64,000 nucleotides of DNA, from NCBI GenBank assembly GCA_003556225.1, contig PWRN01000041.1, positions 7,209 through 71,208 of the forward strand, written 5' to 3'. Position 1 is the first letter of the stretch, and every line of letters starts with the position of its first letter. The stretch comes from Syntrophomonadaceae bacterium (lineage in GTDB: Bacteria; Bacillota; Dethiobacteria; DTU022; UBA8154). A program made the position numbers and the translations under genes. The notes beneath the pieces are model-generated. The model was not told the DNA's origin. It ran no database searches and saw only the letters and a program-made list of their open reading frames with translations. Below are positions 47,984 through 58,840 of this stretch, one piece after another.

Positions 47984-50110
47984 GTGCCAGGAGATAACAT
48001 GACGAGAGAAAAAAAAGCGGTTCAGCAAATCAGGCGACGTCTATTGACGGTTTTCTTCTTTACCGTTCTGCTCATGGCGGCGCTCGTTTTTCGGCTGGGT
48101 TGGATCCAGTTTGTGATGGCCGAAGAACTGCAGTCAAAGGCCTGGGAGCAGTGGAACCGCAGCATCCCTGCCCGGTCGTCCCGGGGCGATATCTTTGATG
48201 CGAACGGCAACCTCCTGGCCGGTAGTGCCAGCGTGGAAACGGTCGTGGCCATTCCGCCTCAGATCAACGACCCTCTTTTTACCGCACGGGCACTGGCACC
48301 CGTGCTGGACATGACCGAGGAGCGAATTATCGAATTGATCACCCAGGAACGGGCCGCGGTCTATTTAAAACGCCGGGTCGATGAAGACGTGTCCCGTGAG
48401 GTCCGACTCCTGGGCTTGTCGGGGATTAGCTTTACCCTGGAACCCAAACGCTACTATCCCAATGCCAACCTTTTCTCCCAGCTTTTGGGGTTCGTGGGCA
48501 CCGATCAGGGTTGGGCGGGCCTGGAAATATTTTACGAAGAAGAACTGGAGGGACAGGATGGCAGCCTGATCTTTCCCACAGACAACAAGGGCCGCGAAAT
48601 CCCGGGTGTCCGCAGTTTTGTTCCTCCCAGGGAAGGAAAAGATCTCTACCTTACCGTAGATGAAACCATCCAGTTTATCGTAGAAAGGGAACTGTCCCGA
48701 GCCATGGTGGAGTATAAGCCGAAGCGCGCCATGGCCCTTGCCGTCAATCCCCAGACCGGGGAAGTGCTCGCTGCTGCCTCCAAGCCCGATTTTGATCCAA
48801 ATCGCTACAACGAATACAATAAGGAATACTGGCGCCTTTTCCCGGTTACGGATACATTTGAACCCGGGTCGACCTTAAAATTGATCACCTTAAGCGCCGC
48901 CCTGGAAGAGAACCTCTTTCCAGCAGCAGCCCACCTGGAATGTACGGGTTCGATCCAGGTGGCCGGTCGAACCGTCCGCTGCTGGACTTCCGACCGGGGA
49001 GGGCACGGCCGGATTACCTATGCCGAATCGGTATACCACTCCTGCAATATCTCGTTTATCTATTTGGGACAGGAGCTGGGTGCGGAAACGCTGTTCAAGT
49101 ATTTCCGGGCATTTGGACTGGGTTCCGCGACGGGGGTTGACTATCCCGGAGAAGGACAGGGCCAGTTATTTCGGCCGGACCAGATCGGGCCCCTCGAACT
49201 GGCCACCTCGTCCTTTGGCCAGGGCATTTCGGTTACCCCCATGCAGCAGGTCATGGCTGTTTCTGCTTTCGCCAACGGTGGTTACCTGATGCGCCCTTAT
49301 TTTGTCAAAGAAATTATCGATCGGGAGGGCAGCACGGTATTCCGACAGGAACCCAAGGTCATCCGCCAGGTTACTTCCGAGGAGACGGCAAAAAATGTGG
49401 CTCGCCTCATGGAAGGGACCGTCGTGGAAGGAAGCGGCGCGAATGCCGCTATTGAAGGCTACAGGGTTGCAGGGAAGACGGGAACGGCGCAAAAGGTTTC
49501 CGGGGGAAGTTATGTCCCGGGAGAATACGTGCTTTCCTTTATCGGCTTTGCGCCTGCTGATGACCCACAGGTTTTGCTCTATGTGGCGGTTGATGGGGCG
49601 CAACGCGGACCCCAGTGGGGCTCGCAGGTCAGTGCCCCGCTCTTTAATGTCATCATGAAGGATGTACTTTCATACCTGGAAATTCCTCCAGACCATCTTC
49701 CCGAGGAGGAAAACCTGGAAGCGGCCCGCCTGGTTGACGTTCCCGACCTGTCGGGTTTGAGCATCGATGAAGCGGGGGCCTTGCTGGATAACAAGGGACT
49801 GCTGGTGCGGCTGGTGGGCGAAGAAGGCCTGATCATGGCGCAGCAACCGCAGGCCGGAACCCAGGTGCCCGTACAGTCGAGGATCATGCTCTACCTGGAT
49901 GATCTCTTTGCCGGGGATGAGTTGGAATCCGTCAAGGTTCCAGACCTGCAGGGTATGACGATCAAGGAGGTAGGCGAAATCCTTGCCTACATCGGGCTGA
50001 AAATGGAAAAAGAGGGCTCGGGCATTGTTTTTGAGCAGGAGCCTGCTCCGGGCACCCGTGTGAGCCAGGGTTCCAGCATTATGGTACACTTCTCATCTCC
50101 ACTGAATTAA
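47984..50110 (+). CDS. spoVD: class B penicillin-binding transpeptidase with two C-terminal PASTA domains (SpoVD/FtsI-like)
   Basis: 708 aa; dimerisation domain, STLK active site, SCN and KTGT motifs; two PASTA repeats (VDVPDLSGLSIDEA…; VKVPDLQGMTIKEV…). Confidence 0.8.
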   Translation: MPGDNMTREKKAVQQIRRRLLTVFFFTVLLMAALVFRLGWIQFVMAEELQSKAWEQWNRSIPARSSRGDIFDANGNLLAGSASVETVVAIPPQINDPLFTARALAPVLDMTEERIIELITQERAAVYLKRRVDEDVSREVRLLGLSGISFTLEPKRYYPNANLFSQLLGFVGTDQGWAGLEIFYEEELEGQDGSLIFPTDNKGREIPGVRSFVPPREGKDLYLTVDETIQFIVERELSRAMVEYKPKRAMALAVNPQTGEVLAAASKPDFDPNRYNEYNKEYWRLFPVTDTFEPGSTLKLITLSAALEENLFPAAAHLECTGSIQVAGRTVRCWTSDRGGHGRITYAESVYHSCNISFIYLGQELGAETLFKYFRAFGLGSATGVDYPGEGQGQLFRPDQIGPLELATSSFGQGISVTPMQQVMAVSAFANGGYLMRPYFVKEIIDREGSTVFRQEPKVIRQVTSEETAKNVARLMEGTVVEGSGANAAIEGYRVAGKTGTAQKVSGGSYVPGEYVLSFIGFAPADDPQVLLYVAVDGAQRGPQWGSQVSAPLFNVIMKDVLSYLEIPPDHLPEEENLEAARLVDVPDLSGLSIDEAGALLDNKGLLVRLVGEEGLIMAQQPQAGTQVPVQSRIMLYLDDLFAGDELESVKVPDLQGMTIKEVGEILAYIGLKMEKEGSGIVFEQEPAPGTRVSQGSSIMVHFSSPLN

Positions 50111-50211
50111 TCGTCGTCGCAAACGAAACATGCTTGTCAAGACTTCTCTGAACGGGTGCCGCGCATGGGGTAAAGGAAGCCCTGGAATCGCGCGACGTTC
50201 GCCAGCAGCTT

Positions 50212-51732
50212 GTGAGAAAGGAGAAGCAGATGGAAGCGATCAAACATTTAGACACGTTGTTAAATTTTATCCATACAATTGAGGTCCAAGGGAACAAAGA
50301 CCTGCCTGTGCGCGGCCTGGCGTACCACACGGAACGCGTAGAACCCGGGTTTCTTTTTTTCTGCCTGGAGGGAACCCGTTTTGATGGCCATGACTTTATA
50401 CCCCAGGCCATCCAGGCGGGTGCTTCTGCCATCGTGATGGAAAAAAACGCCGAGGTGAGAGGGGCGACGAAAATTCTTGTCCCTCACGTCCGGACGGCCA
50501 TGGCTGCCTTTGCCCAGCTGTTTTATGGGAACCCCTCCCAAAAGATGCGGCTCATCGGTGTGACGGGAACCAACGGGAAGACGACAACGACCCATTTGAT
50601 CGAAGCCATAGCGGTATCTCACGGTAAAAACACGGGCCTGCTGGGCACCATTCAATACAAAATTGCCGGGAAAAACTACCCTGTCCTGGCGACCACGCCG
50701 GAAGCCCCCGACCTGCAGAAAATGTTGTGGACCATGCGGGAAAAAGAAGTAGATTATGCCGTGATGGAAGTCTCTTCCCATGCCCTGGAGTTAAATCGGG
50801 TTTCCGGGTGTGACTTTGATATTGCCGTCCTGACAAATGTGACGGCAGATCACCTGGATTTTCACGGCGAGTTTGCCCGCTATCTCTCCGCCAAGGGAAA
50901 GCTTTTTGCTCAACTGGGAGGCAGTTTCCTCAAGCAAGCCTCCCCTCGCTATGCCGTGATCAACGCGGATGATAAAAACGCAAGCTTTTTCCAGCGGCAA
51001 GCAACAACCCAGTGGGTCACCTACGGCATGAATCAACCCGCCGTCGTGTCTGCGAAAAACATCGTCATCCGTAACGAGGGCGTGAGCTTCCAGCTCATTT
51101 CTCCCTGGGGTGAAGCAGCTTTTTCTCTCAAGCTTACGGGCAATTTCAGCGTTTACAACGCCCTGGCAGCAAGCACCGTCGGCCTGCTGGAGGGCATCCC
51201 CTTATCCCGGATCAAAGATGTCCTGGAAAGTATCGAAGGGATTCCCGGGCGATTTGAAAAAATTGACCGGGGGCAGGATTTTCTTGTTATAATAGATTAT
51301 GCCCACACCCCCGACGGACTGGAAAACGTCCTCCAGGCGGCCCGGGGTTTTGCCGGGGGAAAAATTATTACCGTTTTTGGATGCGGGGGCGAACGAGATC
51401 GCGCCAAGCGACCGGTGATGGGGCAGATTGCCGGTCATTACAGCGATTATTGTATTTTAACGTCTGATAATCCCCGGGGTGAGGACCCCTGGCAAATTAT
51501 TCATGAGGTACAAGTCGGCCTGCAGGAAGAGAAGACCTTTGGCAGCGGCTATGCTGTGCAGGCGGATCGGCGCGAAGCGATCAAACTGGCCGTTGAACTG
51601 GCCAGGCCCGGCGATATCGTAATCATTGCAGGTAAGGGACACGAAGATTATCAAATCTTTGCCGATTATACCGTTCCATTCAGCGACCGTGAGGTTGCCT
51701 CGGAACTGATTTTACAAAGGGTGAACCCTTGA
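50212..51732 (+). CDS. murE: UDP-N-acetylmuramoyl-L-alanyl-D-glutamate--2,6-diaminopimelate ligase
   Basis: GVTGTNGKTTTTHLI P-loop; Mur ligase central and C-terminal domains; DNPR motif typical of meso-DAP-adding MurE. Confidence 0.85.
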   Translation: MRKEKQMEAIKHLDTLLNFIHTIEVQGNKDLPVRGLAYHTERVEPGFLFFCLEGTRFDGHDFIPQAIQAGASAIVMEKNAEVRGATKILVPHVRTAMAAFAQLFYGNPSQKMRLIGVTGTNGKTTTTHLIEAIAVSHGKNTGLLGTIQYKIAGKNYPVLATTPEAPDLQKMLWTMREKEVDYAVMEVSSHALELNRVSGCDFDIAVLTNVTADHLDFHGEFARYLSAKGKLFAQLGGSFLKQASPRYAVINADDKNASFFQRQATTQWVTYGMNQPAVVSAKNIVIRNEGVSFQLISPWGEAAFSLKLTGNFSVYNALAASTVGLLEGIPLSRIKDVLESIEGIPGRFEKIDRGQDFLVIIDYAHTPDGLENVLQAARGFAGGKIITVFGCGGERDRAKRPVMGQIAGHYSDYCILTSDNPRGEDPWQIIHEVQVGLQEEKTFGSGYAVQADRREAIKLAVELARPGDIVIIAGKGHEDYQIFADYTVPFSDREVASELILQRVNP

Positions 51733-51743
51733 AGGGAAGGGCC

Positions 51744-53180
51744 ATGCATTTCTCGACGAAAGACCTGGTCAACATCACAGGGGGTCGTTTGCTTTCCGGT
51801 CCGGTGGAAGCATGGTTTTCCGGAGCGGTGATTGACTCCCGGAAAGCCCAACCGGGCGACCTTTTTGTCCCCCTGCAGGGAGAAAAAGAAAACGGTCATC
51901 AGTATATTCTCGCGGCCCTGGAACAGGGCGCGGCCGGCTCGCTGCTGGAATACGGGGAAATAACAGGGTTTTCCGGGTTGGAATTTCCCCCCGGGAAAGT
52001 CATCCTGGCGGTTGAAAATGCCCTGCAGGCCTTGCAGCGGCTTGCTCGTGCCCATCGCCAAAAGTTTAATTTACCCGTCGTGGCGGTAACCGGCAGCAAC
52101 GGGAAGACCACGACGAAAGACTTTATCGCCGCGGTGCTTGCCGTTAGCTTTCCTGTATTGAAAACAGAGGGAAACCTGAACAACCACATCGGCCTGCCGT
52201 TAATGCTGCTGCGTATCAAGGGAGAACATCAAGGGGTTGTTCTGGAAATGGGCATGAGCGGATACGGGGAAATTGCCCTGTTAACCTCGCTGTGCAGCCC
52301 CAACCTGGGAGTTATTACTAATATCGGAGAAGCGCACCTGGAAATGCTGGGGAGCCGCGCAAATATTGCCCGGGCCAAGGGTGAGCTCCTGGAAGAGATG
52401 GCCCCCGGCAGCACGGCGTTTTTAAATGCCGATGACCCTTTTTTACGACCCATGGGTGCGCGGTTTCCCGGCCAGGTCTGCACCTTTGGTTTTGCCGAAG
52501 AGGCAGATTTCCGCGCGCTTCACTGCGGTTTTGAAGCATCGGGGTATTATTTTACAGCCAGGACCCTCTCCCGGGAAGACGCGGAATCTTATTGGATTCC
52601 CTTGCCGGGGAGACATAATGTCTATAATGCCCTTGCGGCGTTGGCGGTGGGGATACACCTGCAGCTCACACCGCGAGAGATTCGTGCCGGCTTGGCTGCT
52701 GCTGAAGTCTCAGCCATGAGAATGGAACGCTCTTTTGCCGGAAGCGGTTTCTGGATTGTCAATGATGCGTACAATGCCAGCCCCACATCGGTCCAGTATG
52801 CACTGGACTACCTGGTGGAATGGGCGGGTGCGCAGAGGAAAATTGCTGTCCTGGGGGATATGTTAGAATTGGGAGAGGCCTCAGAGACGGCTCACCGGGC
52901 CGTGGGCCGTTATGCCGCCGAAATAGGGGTTGATGTTGTCTTTACCCTGGGTGAACGGGCGAAGCTGGTGGCAGAAGGCGCCCTGCAGGCAGGTATTTCC
53001 CCGGAACACGTATTTGCCTGCACGGATTGTGAAGAAATCCTGCATCGGCTGGAAAGGTTCGTGGAAAAAGGTGTGACGATCTTAATCAAGGGTTCCCGGG
53101 GGATGAAAATGGAACGAATCGCTGCAACACTGCAGGCGAGGTATCCCTTCATAGCAGAGAAAGAGCCCGGCAATTCATAA
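51744..53180 (+). CDS. murF: UDP-N-acetylmuramoyl-tripeptide--D-alanyl-D-alanine ligase
   Basis: VAVTGSNGKTTTKDFIAAVL P-loop; start ATG 51744 after GAAGGGAAGGG (ORF-track TTG 51729). Confidence 0.85.
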   Translation: MHFSTKDLVNITGGRLLSGPVEAWFSGAVIDSRKAQPGDLFVPLQGEKENGHQYILAALEQGAAGSLLEYGEITGFSGLEFPPGKVILAVENALQALQRLARAHRQKFNLPVVAVTGSNGKTTTKDFIAAVLAVSFPVLKTEGNLNNHIGLPLMLLRIKGEHQGVVLEMGMSGYGEIALLTSLCSPNLGVITNIGEAHLEMLGSRANIARAKGELLEEMAPGSTAFLNADDPFLRPMGARFPGQVCTFGFAEEADFRALHCGFEASGYYFTARTLSREDAESYWIPLPGRHNVYNALAALAVGIHLQLTPREIRAGLAAAEVSAMRMERSFAGSGFWIVNDAYNASPTSVQYALDYLVEWAGAQRKIAVLGDMLELGEASETAHRAVGRYAAEIGVDVVFTLGERAKLVAEGALQAGISPEHVFACTDCEEILHRLERFVEKGVTILIKGSRGMKMERIAATLQARYPFIAEKEPGNS

Positions 53181-53195
53181 GAACGGGAGGTAAGC

Positions 53196-54155
53196 ATGGG
53201 ACCGGAGTTTTTCGCCGCGCTGGTTGCGTTCCTGGTCAGTGCGGCCCTTGCGCCGCTATACATCGCGGTTTCAAAAAAATATCACTTTGGGCAGCAGGTC
53301 AGGCTGGATGGTCCCAGTCAGCACTTAGAAAAGGCAGGGACACCGACCATGGGAGGGATTATTTTCCTTCTTTCCTTCATCGTCACTGCTGTTGTCTTCA
53401 CGCCAAAAACACCGCTGTTTTTCCTTATCGTGGTGATCATTCTTTTCAGTGCGCTCCTGGGGTTTATCGATGATTATCAGAAAGTCGTCCGCCATCATTC
53501 ACTTGGCTTGAAGGCCCGGCATAAGCTCCTGGGGCAGCTGGTCGTTTCCCTGGGCTTTTACCTGGCACTCATGCAGCTGGGGCATGATACGTTTGTTTCT
53601 GTTCCTTTTGTGGGATTACACCTGGAGCTGGGTATACTTTATCCCCTTTTAATTTTTTTGATGGTGATTGGAACGTCCAATGCAGTGAACCTGACAGATG
53701 GAATCGACGGGCTGGCGGCCGGCACGGTGATCCTGGCGCTGCTGCCTTTTTTGTATATGGCCATCGCCCAGGGTTTTCAGGAGATGGTTTATCTCTGCGG
53801 GATTTTTGTGGGGGCCTGCCTGGGATTTTTGCTGTTTAATGTCAACCCGGCAAAAGTGTTCATGGGGGATGTGGGCTCTCTATCCCTGGGAGCGGCCCTG
53901 GCCGTCACAGCCATTATTTTAAAGGCGGAGCTTATTCTCGTGGTGATCGGCGGGGTTTTTGTCCTGGAAGCGCTTTCTGTGATGATCCAGGTGATTTCCT
54001 TTCGCTTAACGGGAAAAAGGGTGTTCTTAATGAGCCCTTTGCACCACCACTTTGAGCTAAAAGGGTGGTCCGAATGGCAAGTCGTTTCGGGTTTTTGGAT
54101 CCTGGGCTTATGTTTTGCCCTGCTGGGCCTCCTGGATTATGCGCTCTATTCTTGA
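53196..54155 (+). CDS. mraY: phospho-N-acetylmuramoyl-pentapeptide transferase
   Basis: 319 aa; polytopic; NAVNLTDGIDGLA and FMGDVGSLSLG motifs. Confidence 0.9.
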   Translation: MGPEFFAALVAFLVSAALAPLYIAVSKKYHFGQQVRLDGPSQHLEKAGTPTMGGIIFLLSFIVTAVVFTPKTPLFFLIVVIILFSALLGFIDDYQKVVRHHSLGLKARHKLLGQLVVSLGFYLALMQLGHDTFVSVPFVGLHLELGILYPLLIFLMVIGTSNAVNLTDGIDGLAAGTVILALLPFLYMAIAQGFQEMVYLCGIFVGACLGFLLFNVNPAKVFMGDVGSLSLGAALAVTAIILKAELILVVIGGVFVLEALSVMIQVISFRLTGKRVFLMSPLHHHFELKGWSEWQVVSGFWILGLCFALLGLLDYALYS

Positions 54156-54207
54156 AACAGCGGATCCGCACGGCAGTTGTTCCGGTAGAATGGTGGAGGT
54201 GCGAGAA

Positions 54208-55614
54208 GTGAAAGAACAGATCAAGGGGAAAAATATCTTGGTTCTTGGCCTGGCTCGCAGCGGGCAGGCGGCCATCAAACTCCTGCTGAAAGCAGGCGCC
54301 TCAAAGATCATCGGCAATGACCAGAAGGGCCTGTTAGAACTTGCAGCTGAAATGAAAGATCTTTGCCGAAACAGCCGGGTAACCCTGGTGGGAGGCGGGC
54401 ACCCGGAGAACCTGGTAGATGAGGTTTCCCTGGTGATCAAGAGCCCCGGGATTAAACCAGATTTGCCCCTTCTGCGGAGTGCCTCTGCCCGCGGGATCCC
54501 CGTTTATGCAGAAATTGAGCTGGCTTACTGGTTCAGTGCTGCAGAGATTATCGGTATTACGGGAACCAATGGGAAAACAACAACAACCTCGCTGGTCGGT
54601 GAGATCTTGCAGGGACAACTGCCGCAGGTTTTCGTCGCAGGAAATATCGGACATCCCCTTTGCGAAGCGGTTGCTGCAGCCGGGCGGGGCGACTTGATCG
54701 TAGCCGAGCTGAGCAGTTTTCAATTAGAAAACATCGATAGCTTCCGGGCGCCCATCGCCGCCGTGTTGAACATCTCTTCCGACCATCTGGATTACCATGG
54801 CACGATGCCGCGATACATTCAAGCCAAATCCAGGCTGCTGGCGAACCAGCAAAAGACGGACATGGCTGTTTTGAACTATGACGACGAAAACGTGCGCGAC
54901 CTGCGGGATCAAGTGCAGGGCCACCTGCAATTTTTTAGCCGCAAGCATCTCCTGGAAACGGGGGTATGCTTGCACCAGGGCCGTATTGTGATCAGGGAAA
55001 AGGGCAGGGAAGAATTGGTTTGTCACGCTGCTGATTTGCTGATCCCGGGTCCTCATAACCTGGAAAACGCCCTGGCCGCCGTGGCGGTGGCCAGGGCCAG
55101 GGGAGTTCGCAGGGAGCAGATTGCCCGGACGCTGAAAACATTCCGGGGTGTGCCCCATCGCCTCGAATTTGTCTCGGAAATAAACGGGGTGCGCTATGTG
55201 AATGATTCCAAGGGAACAAACGAGGAAGCAACCCTCACCGCCCTGAAAGCTCTCCAGGGTTCCAAGATCCTGGTTGCGGGAGGGATGGACAAGGGGAGTT
55301 CTTTTCATAACCTGGCCGCAGCGCTGGAGCGCGAAAAAGTATCCTGGCTGATCTTACTGGGTGAAACCGCCCCGCTCCTGCAAAAAAGGGCCCTGGAGGC
55401 AGGCTTCTCCCGTGTTGTGCTCGCTGCTGACCTCCCCGAAGCCGTGCATAAAGCTTACCTCCAAGCGGTAACAGGGGATACCGTTTTACTTTCGCCAGCC
55501 TGTGCCAGCTGGGATATGTTCTCCAGCTATGAAGAACGTGGAGACGTTTTTAAGTCCGAGGTCGGCAGATTAAAGGAGGGCTTGTCGCATGGGAAAAGCC
55601 CCCGCCGAGGGTGA
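54208..55614 (+). CDS. murD: UDP-N-acetylmuramoylalanine--D-glutamate ligase
   Basis: KNILVLGLARSG Rossmann fold; GITGTNGKTTTTSLV P-loop; GTG 54208 after GGAGG (ORF-track start 54115 overlaps mraY). Confidence 0.85.
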   Translation: MKEQIKGKNILVLGLARSGQAAIKLLLKAGASKIIGNDQKGLLELAAEMKDLCRNSRVTLVGGGHPENLVDEVSLVIKSPGIKPDLPLLRSASARGIPVYAEIELAYWFSAAEIIGITGTNGKTTTTSLVGEILQGQLPQVFVAGNIGHPLCEAVAAAGRGDLIVAELSSFQLENIDSFRAPIAAVLNISSDHLDYHGTMPRYIQAKSRLLANQQKTDMAVLNYDDENVRDLRDQVQGHLQFFSRKHLLETGVCLHQGRIVIREKGREELVCHAADLLIPGPHNLENALAAVAVARARGVRREQIARTLKTFRGVPHRLEFVSEINGVRYVNDSKGTNEEATLTALKALQGSKILVAGGMDKGSSFHNLAAALEREKVSWLILLGETAPLLQKRALEAGFSRVVLAADLPEAVHKAYLQAVTGDTVLLSPACASWDMFSSYEERGDVFKSEVGRLKEGLSHGKSPRRG

Positions 55615-56707
55615 AGCAAAAAAGTCTCCGGACTACGCCATTTTTTTTACTGTCCTGATCCTGGCAGGATTTGGCCTGGTGATGGTCTTCAGCGCCAGCT
55701 ACATCAGTGCGCTGGAGTCCAGGGGGGATGCCTTCTTTTTCCTCCGCCGCCAGGCGTTCTGGCTGGTCCTGGGCCTGGTCGGCATGCTGACGGCATCCCG
55801 GTTTGATTACTGGAAATGGCGGAAACTGCTTCCGCTGCTCCTGTTCTCCAATTTTCTGCTGCTCCTGCTGGTTTTTGTCCCGGAAATCGGCGTGGAAGTG
55901 AATGAGGCCCGCAGGTGGATCGGGATCGGCGGTTTCAATATCCAACCCGCCGAATTTACCAAGCTGGTGGTCATCATTTTCTCCGCTGCTTTTTTAAGTA
56001 AAGCCCGTTTAAATATCAAGGATTTTTGGAGCAGCAGCTTCATCCCCCTGGCGGTCATGGGCGCTTCCTTTTTCTTGATCCTGCTGCAGCCTGACCTGGG
56101 AACGGCCCTGGCCCTGGCCATGGTCGCCCTGGTGATCGTTTTCGCTGCTGGGACGCCCCTGAAGCACTTTATTGCCTTTCTATCAGCCGGAGTGCCCCTG
56201 GCCGTCTATTTGATGATCAGCGAGCCCTACCGCCTGCAGCGTCTCTTCTCCTATCGTGACCCCTGGGCGGATCCGCTGCGTTCCGGCTATCAAATTATCC
56301 AGTCCCTTTATGCCCTGGGGCCGGGAGGGCTTTTCGGCGTCGGATTGGGAAGAAGCAAGCAGAAGCTTTATTACCTTCCCGAGCCTCAAAACGATTTTAT
56401 TTTTGCCATTGTCGGGGAGGAGCTGGGCTTCTTAGGCGCCCTAACGGTGATCCTGTTGTTTTTCATCCTGGTCTGGAGAGGTTTCAAGGTATCCCTCCAG
56501 GCGCCGGATACGTTCGGAAACTTGATGGCGGCAGGCATTACGGCCATGGTTGCCATTCAAATGCTGATCAACATCGGCGTCGTGACCGGCTCGATCCCCA
56601 TTACGGGGATTAATTTGCCCTTGATCAGCGCCGGAGGCAGTTCCCTGTTTTTCACCCTGGTGGCCATGGGAATCTTAATGAATATTTCTAAACACGCCAG
56701 TCCATAA
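55589..56707 (+). CDS. ftsW: SEDS-family peptidoglycan glycosyltransferase FtsW/SpoVE
   Basis: 372 aa; 10-TM FtsW/RodA family; located between murD and murG. Confidence 0.85.
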   Translation: MGKAPAEGEAKKSPDYAIFFTVLILAGFGLVMVFSASYISALESRGDAFFFLRRQAFWLVLGLVGMLTASRFDYWKWRKLLPLLLFSNFLLLLLVFVPEIGVEVNEARRWIGIGGFNIQPAEFTKLVVIIFSAAFLSKARLNIKDFWSSSFIPLAVMGASFFLILLQPDLGTALALAMVALVIVFAAGTPLKHFIAFLSAGVPLAVYLMISEPYRLQRLFSYRDPWADPLRSGYQIIQSLYALGPGGLFGVGLGRSKQKLYYLPEPQNDFIFAIVGEELGFLGALTVILLFFILVWRGFKVSLQAPDTFGNLMAAGITAMVAIQMLINIGVVTGSIPITGINLPLISAGGSSLFFTLVAMGILMNISKHASP

Positions 56708-56727
56708 AAAATATCCAGGAGGATAAC

Positions 56728-57828
56728 GTGCGCGTGATCATCACCGGCGGGGGGACAGGGGGTCATATCTACCCCGCCCTGGCCATGGCCAGAACCATCC
56801 GGAGAAACGACCCCACAGCGGAGATCTTGTTCGTAGGCGCCGCGGGCGGTATGGAAGAAAAAATCGTACCCGCTGCCGGGTTTTCATTGGAAACGCTGCC
56901 GGTTAGGGGTTTTTCCCGCCGAAAGCTGCTGCAGGCGTTTCCCACGCTGTTTTTTTTGGCCCGCTCGTGGCGCCAGGCCCAAACGCTCATGCGGCGTTTC
57001 CGGCCGGACCTGGTGTTTGGCACCGGCGGGTTTGCCGCTGCGCCCGCCCTGCTGGCTGCCCTGGCGGGAAAGAAACGCGTGATCATCCATGAACAGAACC
57101 TCTTTCCCGGGGTTACTAATCGTTTCCTGGCCCCCTGGGTGGAAAGCGTTTGCCTCTCGTTTGAAGCATCGAAAAAGTATTACAGGAAACAAAGCAATCT
57201 TGTTGTCACGGGGAATCCCCGGGCCAGTGAAATGGTCGATCTTGAGAAAACCGCAGCCCGGGAGCGTTTGAAGCTGCACAAAGAGATGCCTCTCCTGGTG
57301 GCATGCGGCGGCAGCAGGGGGGCAGCCCGCATCAACCAATGCATGGTGGAATACCTGGAGCAGGTTGACGATCACCTGGGTATACAGGTCTTGTATATTA
57401 CCGGTGAAATATATTATGATCAGATCAAAGCGCGGCTGCATCAAAACCGCGTCCTTGAAAGGTTTGGCGGTCATTTAACAGTGAAAGCGTACCAGGAAGA
57501 AATGCCCCTGGCCCTGGCGGCTGCAGACCTGGTGATCAGCCGGGCAGGGGCCACGACTTTGGCGGAAATAACAGCCCTGGGTGTCCCGGCGATCTTGATT
57601 CCCTCACCTAACGTTGTCCATGATCACCAGCGGATGAATGCCCTGACCCTGGCGGAAGCGCGGGCGGCTGTGATGTTGGAAGAAAAAGATTTGGGTCCAG
57701 AGATTTTCAAAGATCAGGTCGATACATTGCTGTCTAACCCCTTGAAGCGGAAAGAATTAAGCCAAAACAGCCGCATGCTGGGCAAACCGGATGCCGCGGA
57801 ACAGATCTTCGCATTAATGGTCTCTTAA
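56728..57828 (+). CDS. murG: UDP-GlcNAc:undecaprenyl-PP-MurNAc-pentapeptide GlcNAc transferase
   Basis: VIITGGGTGGHIYPALA glycine-rich N-terminus; GT28 family; RBS AGGAGG. Confidence 0.9.
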   Translation: MRVIITGGGTGGHIYPALAMARTIRRNDPTAEILFVGAAGGMEEKIVPAAGFSLETLPVRGFSRRKLLQAFPTLFFLARSWRQAQTLMRRFRPDLVFGTGGFAAAPALLAALAGKKRVIIHEQNLFPGVTNRFLAPWVESVCLSFEASKKYYRKQSNLVVTGNPRASEMVDLEKTAARERLKLHKEMPLLVACGGSRGAARINQCMVEYLEQVDDHLGIQVLYITGEIYYDQIKARLHQNRVLERFGGHLTVKAYQEEMPLALAAADLVISRAGATTLAEITALGVPAILIPSPNVVHDHQRMNALTLAEARAAVMLEEKDLGPEIFKDQVDTLLSNPLKRKELSQNSRMLGKPDAAEQIFALMVS

Positions 57829-57908
57829 CGTCAACGCAAGGGTTTCTTTTTCCCTAAGAGTTGCGGCGCTTTTTCGGTCCAGGGCCCCTGACGAGATCAA
57901 GATTCGGG

Positions 57909-58838
57909 GTGAGAAAGATAGACTGGAAGGCAAAAATTACAAAGATCTTGAGCACTCCGCCCATGCTCGACGAGCCCATGCGTTTTCATACGTCTCTGCG
58001 CATCGGGGGGCCTGCCGAAATGCTCGTCTTTCCTTCCAGCCGGGATGAACTAAAAGGGATCCTGGCCATCGCCCACAGCGCAGGCGTGCCGTTATTCCTG
58101 ATCGGGCAGGGAACAAACCTCCTGGTTAAAGACGAAGGGATTAAAGGGGTCGTGGTTAACCTGGCGCGGTTCGACCCGGAGATCCGCTTTCTGTCCGACC
58201 ACACCGTGAAATCCGGGCCGGGTGTTCCGGTTGTGAAATTGGCCCGCGAAGCGATAAACAGGGGGCTGGGTGGGCTGGAGTTCGCGATCGGCATTCCCGG
58301 CAGCCTGGGCGGCGCTTTATACATGAATGCCGGCGCGTACGGATTCTCTATTGGTGAAAGGGTAACGGAGGTTGCCACCCTGGATTTTCTGGGAAATGAA
58401 AGGATTCGCTCCAGGGAGGAATTAGAATTCTTCTACCGCAAGAGCACTTTTCAAGACGAAAAGAGCATCATTGTGGAAATATTTCTGGCCCTTTATCCAG
58501 CTAACCGTGAAGAATTGCAAACGAAAGCGGCCCAGATACAAAAAATGCGCCGCAGCAAGCAGCCCCATAAGCCCAGTGCAGGAAGCGTTTTTCGCAATCC
58601 CCCGGGAAATCCTGCGGGGCTCCTGATTGAAAAAGCCGGGGTTAAAGGTCACGTGATCGGCGGCGCCCAGGTTTCCACCCTGCACGGCAATTTTATTGTT
58701 AACACCGGGGGAGCTACGGCTGAAGACGTCTTGAACCTGGTGGAATGGATGCGCACCAGGGTCAGGGAGACCCAGGGGACGGAGCTGGAGCTGGAAATCA
58801 AGGTTGTGGGCAGAGATGGCATCGAACGGGGGAGGTAA
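57909..58838 (+). CDS. murB: UDP-N-acetylenolpyruvoylglucosamine reductase
   Basis: …LDEPMRFHTSLRIGGPAEML… FAD-binding N-terminus; C-terminal GSVFRNP motif; start uncertain (GTG 57909 or ATG 57963; ORF track 57861). Confidence 0.8.
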   Translation: MRKIDWKAKITKILSTPPMLDEPMRFHTSLRIGGPAEMLVFPSSRDELKGILAIAHSAGVPLFLIGQGTNLLVKDEGIKGVVVNLARFDPEIRFLSDHTVKSGPGVPVVKLAREAINRGLGGLEFAIGIPGSLGGALYMNAGAYGFSIGERVTEVATLDFLGNERIRSREELEFFYRKSTFQDEKSIIVEIFLALYPANREELQTKAAQIQKMRRSKQPHKPSAGSVFRNPPGNPAGLLIEKAGVKGHVIGGAQVSTLHGNFIVNTGGATAEDVLNLVEWMRTRVRETQGTELELEIKVVGRDGIERGR

Positions 58839-58840
58839 AC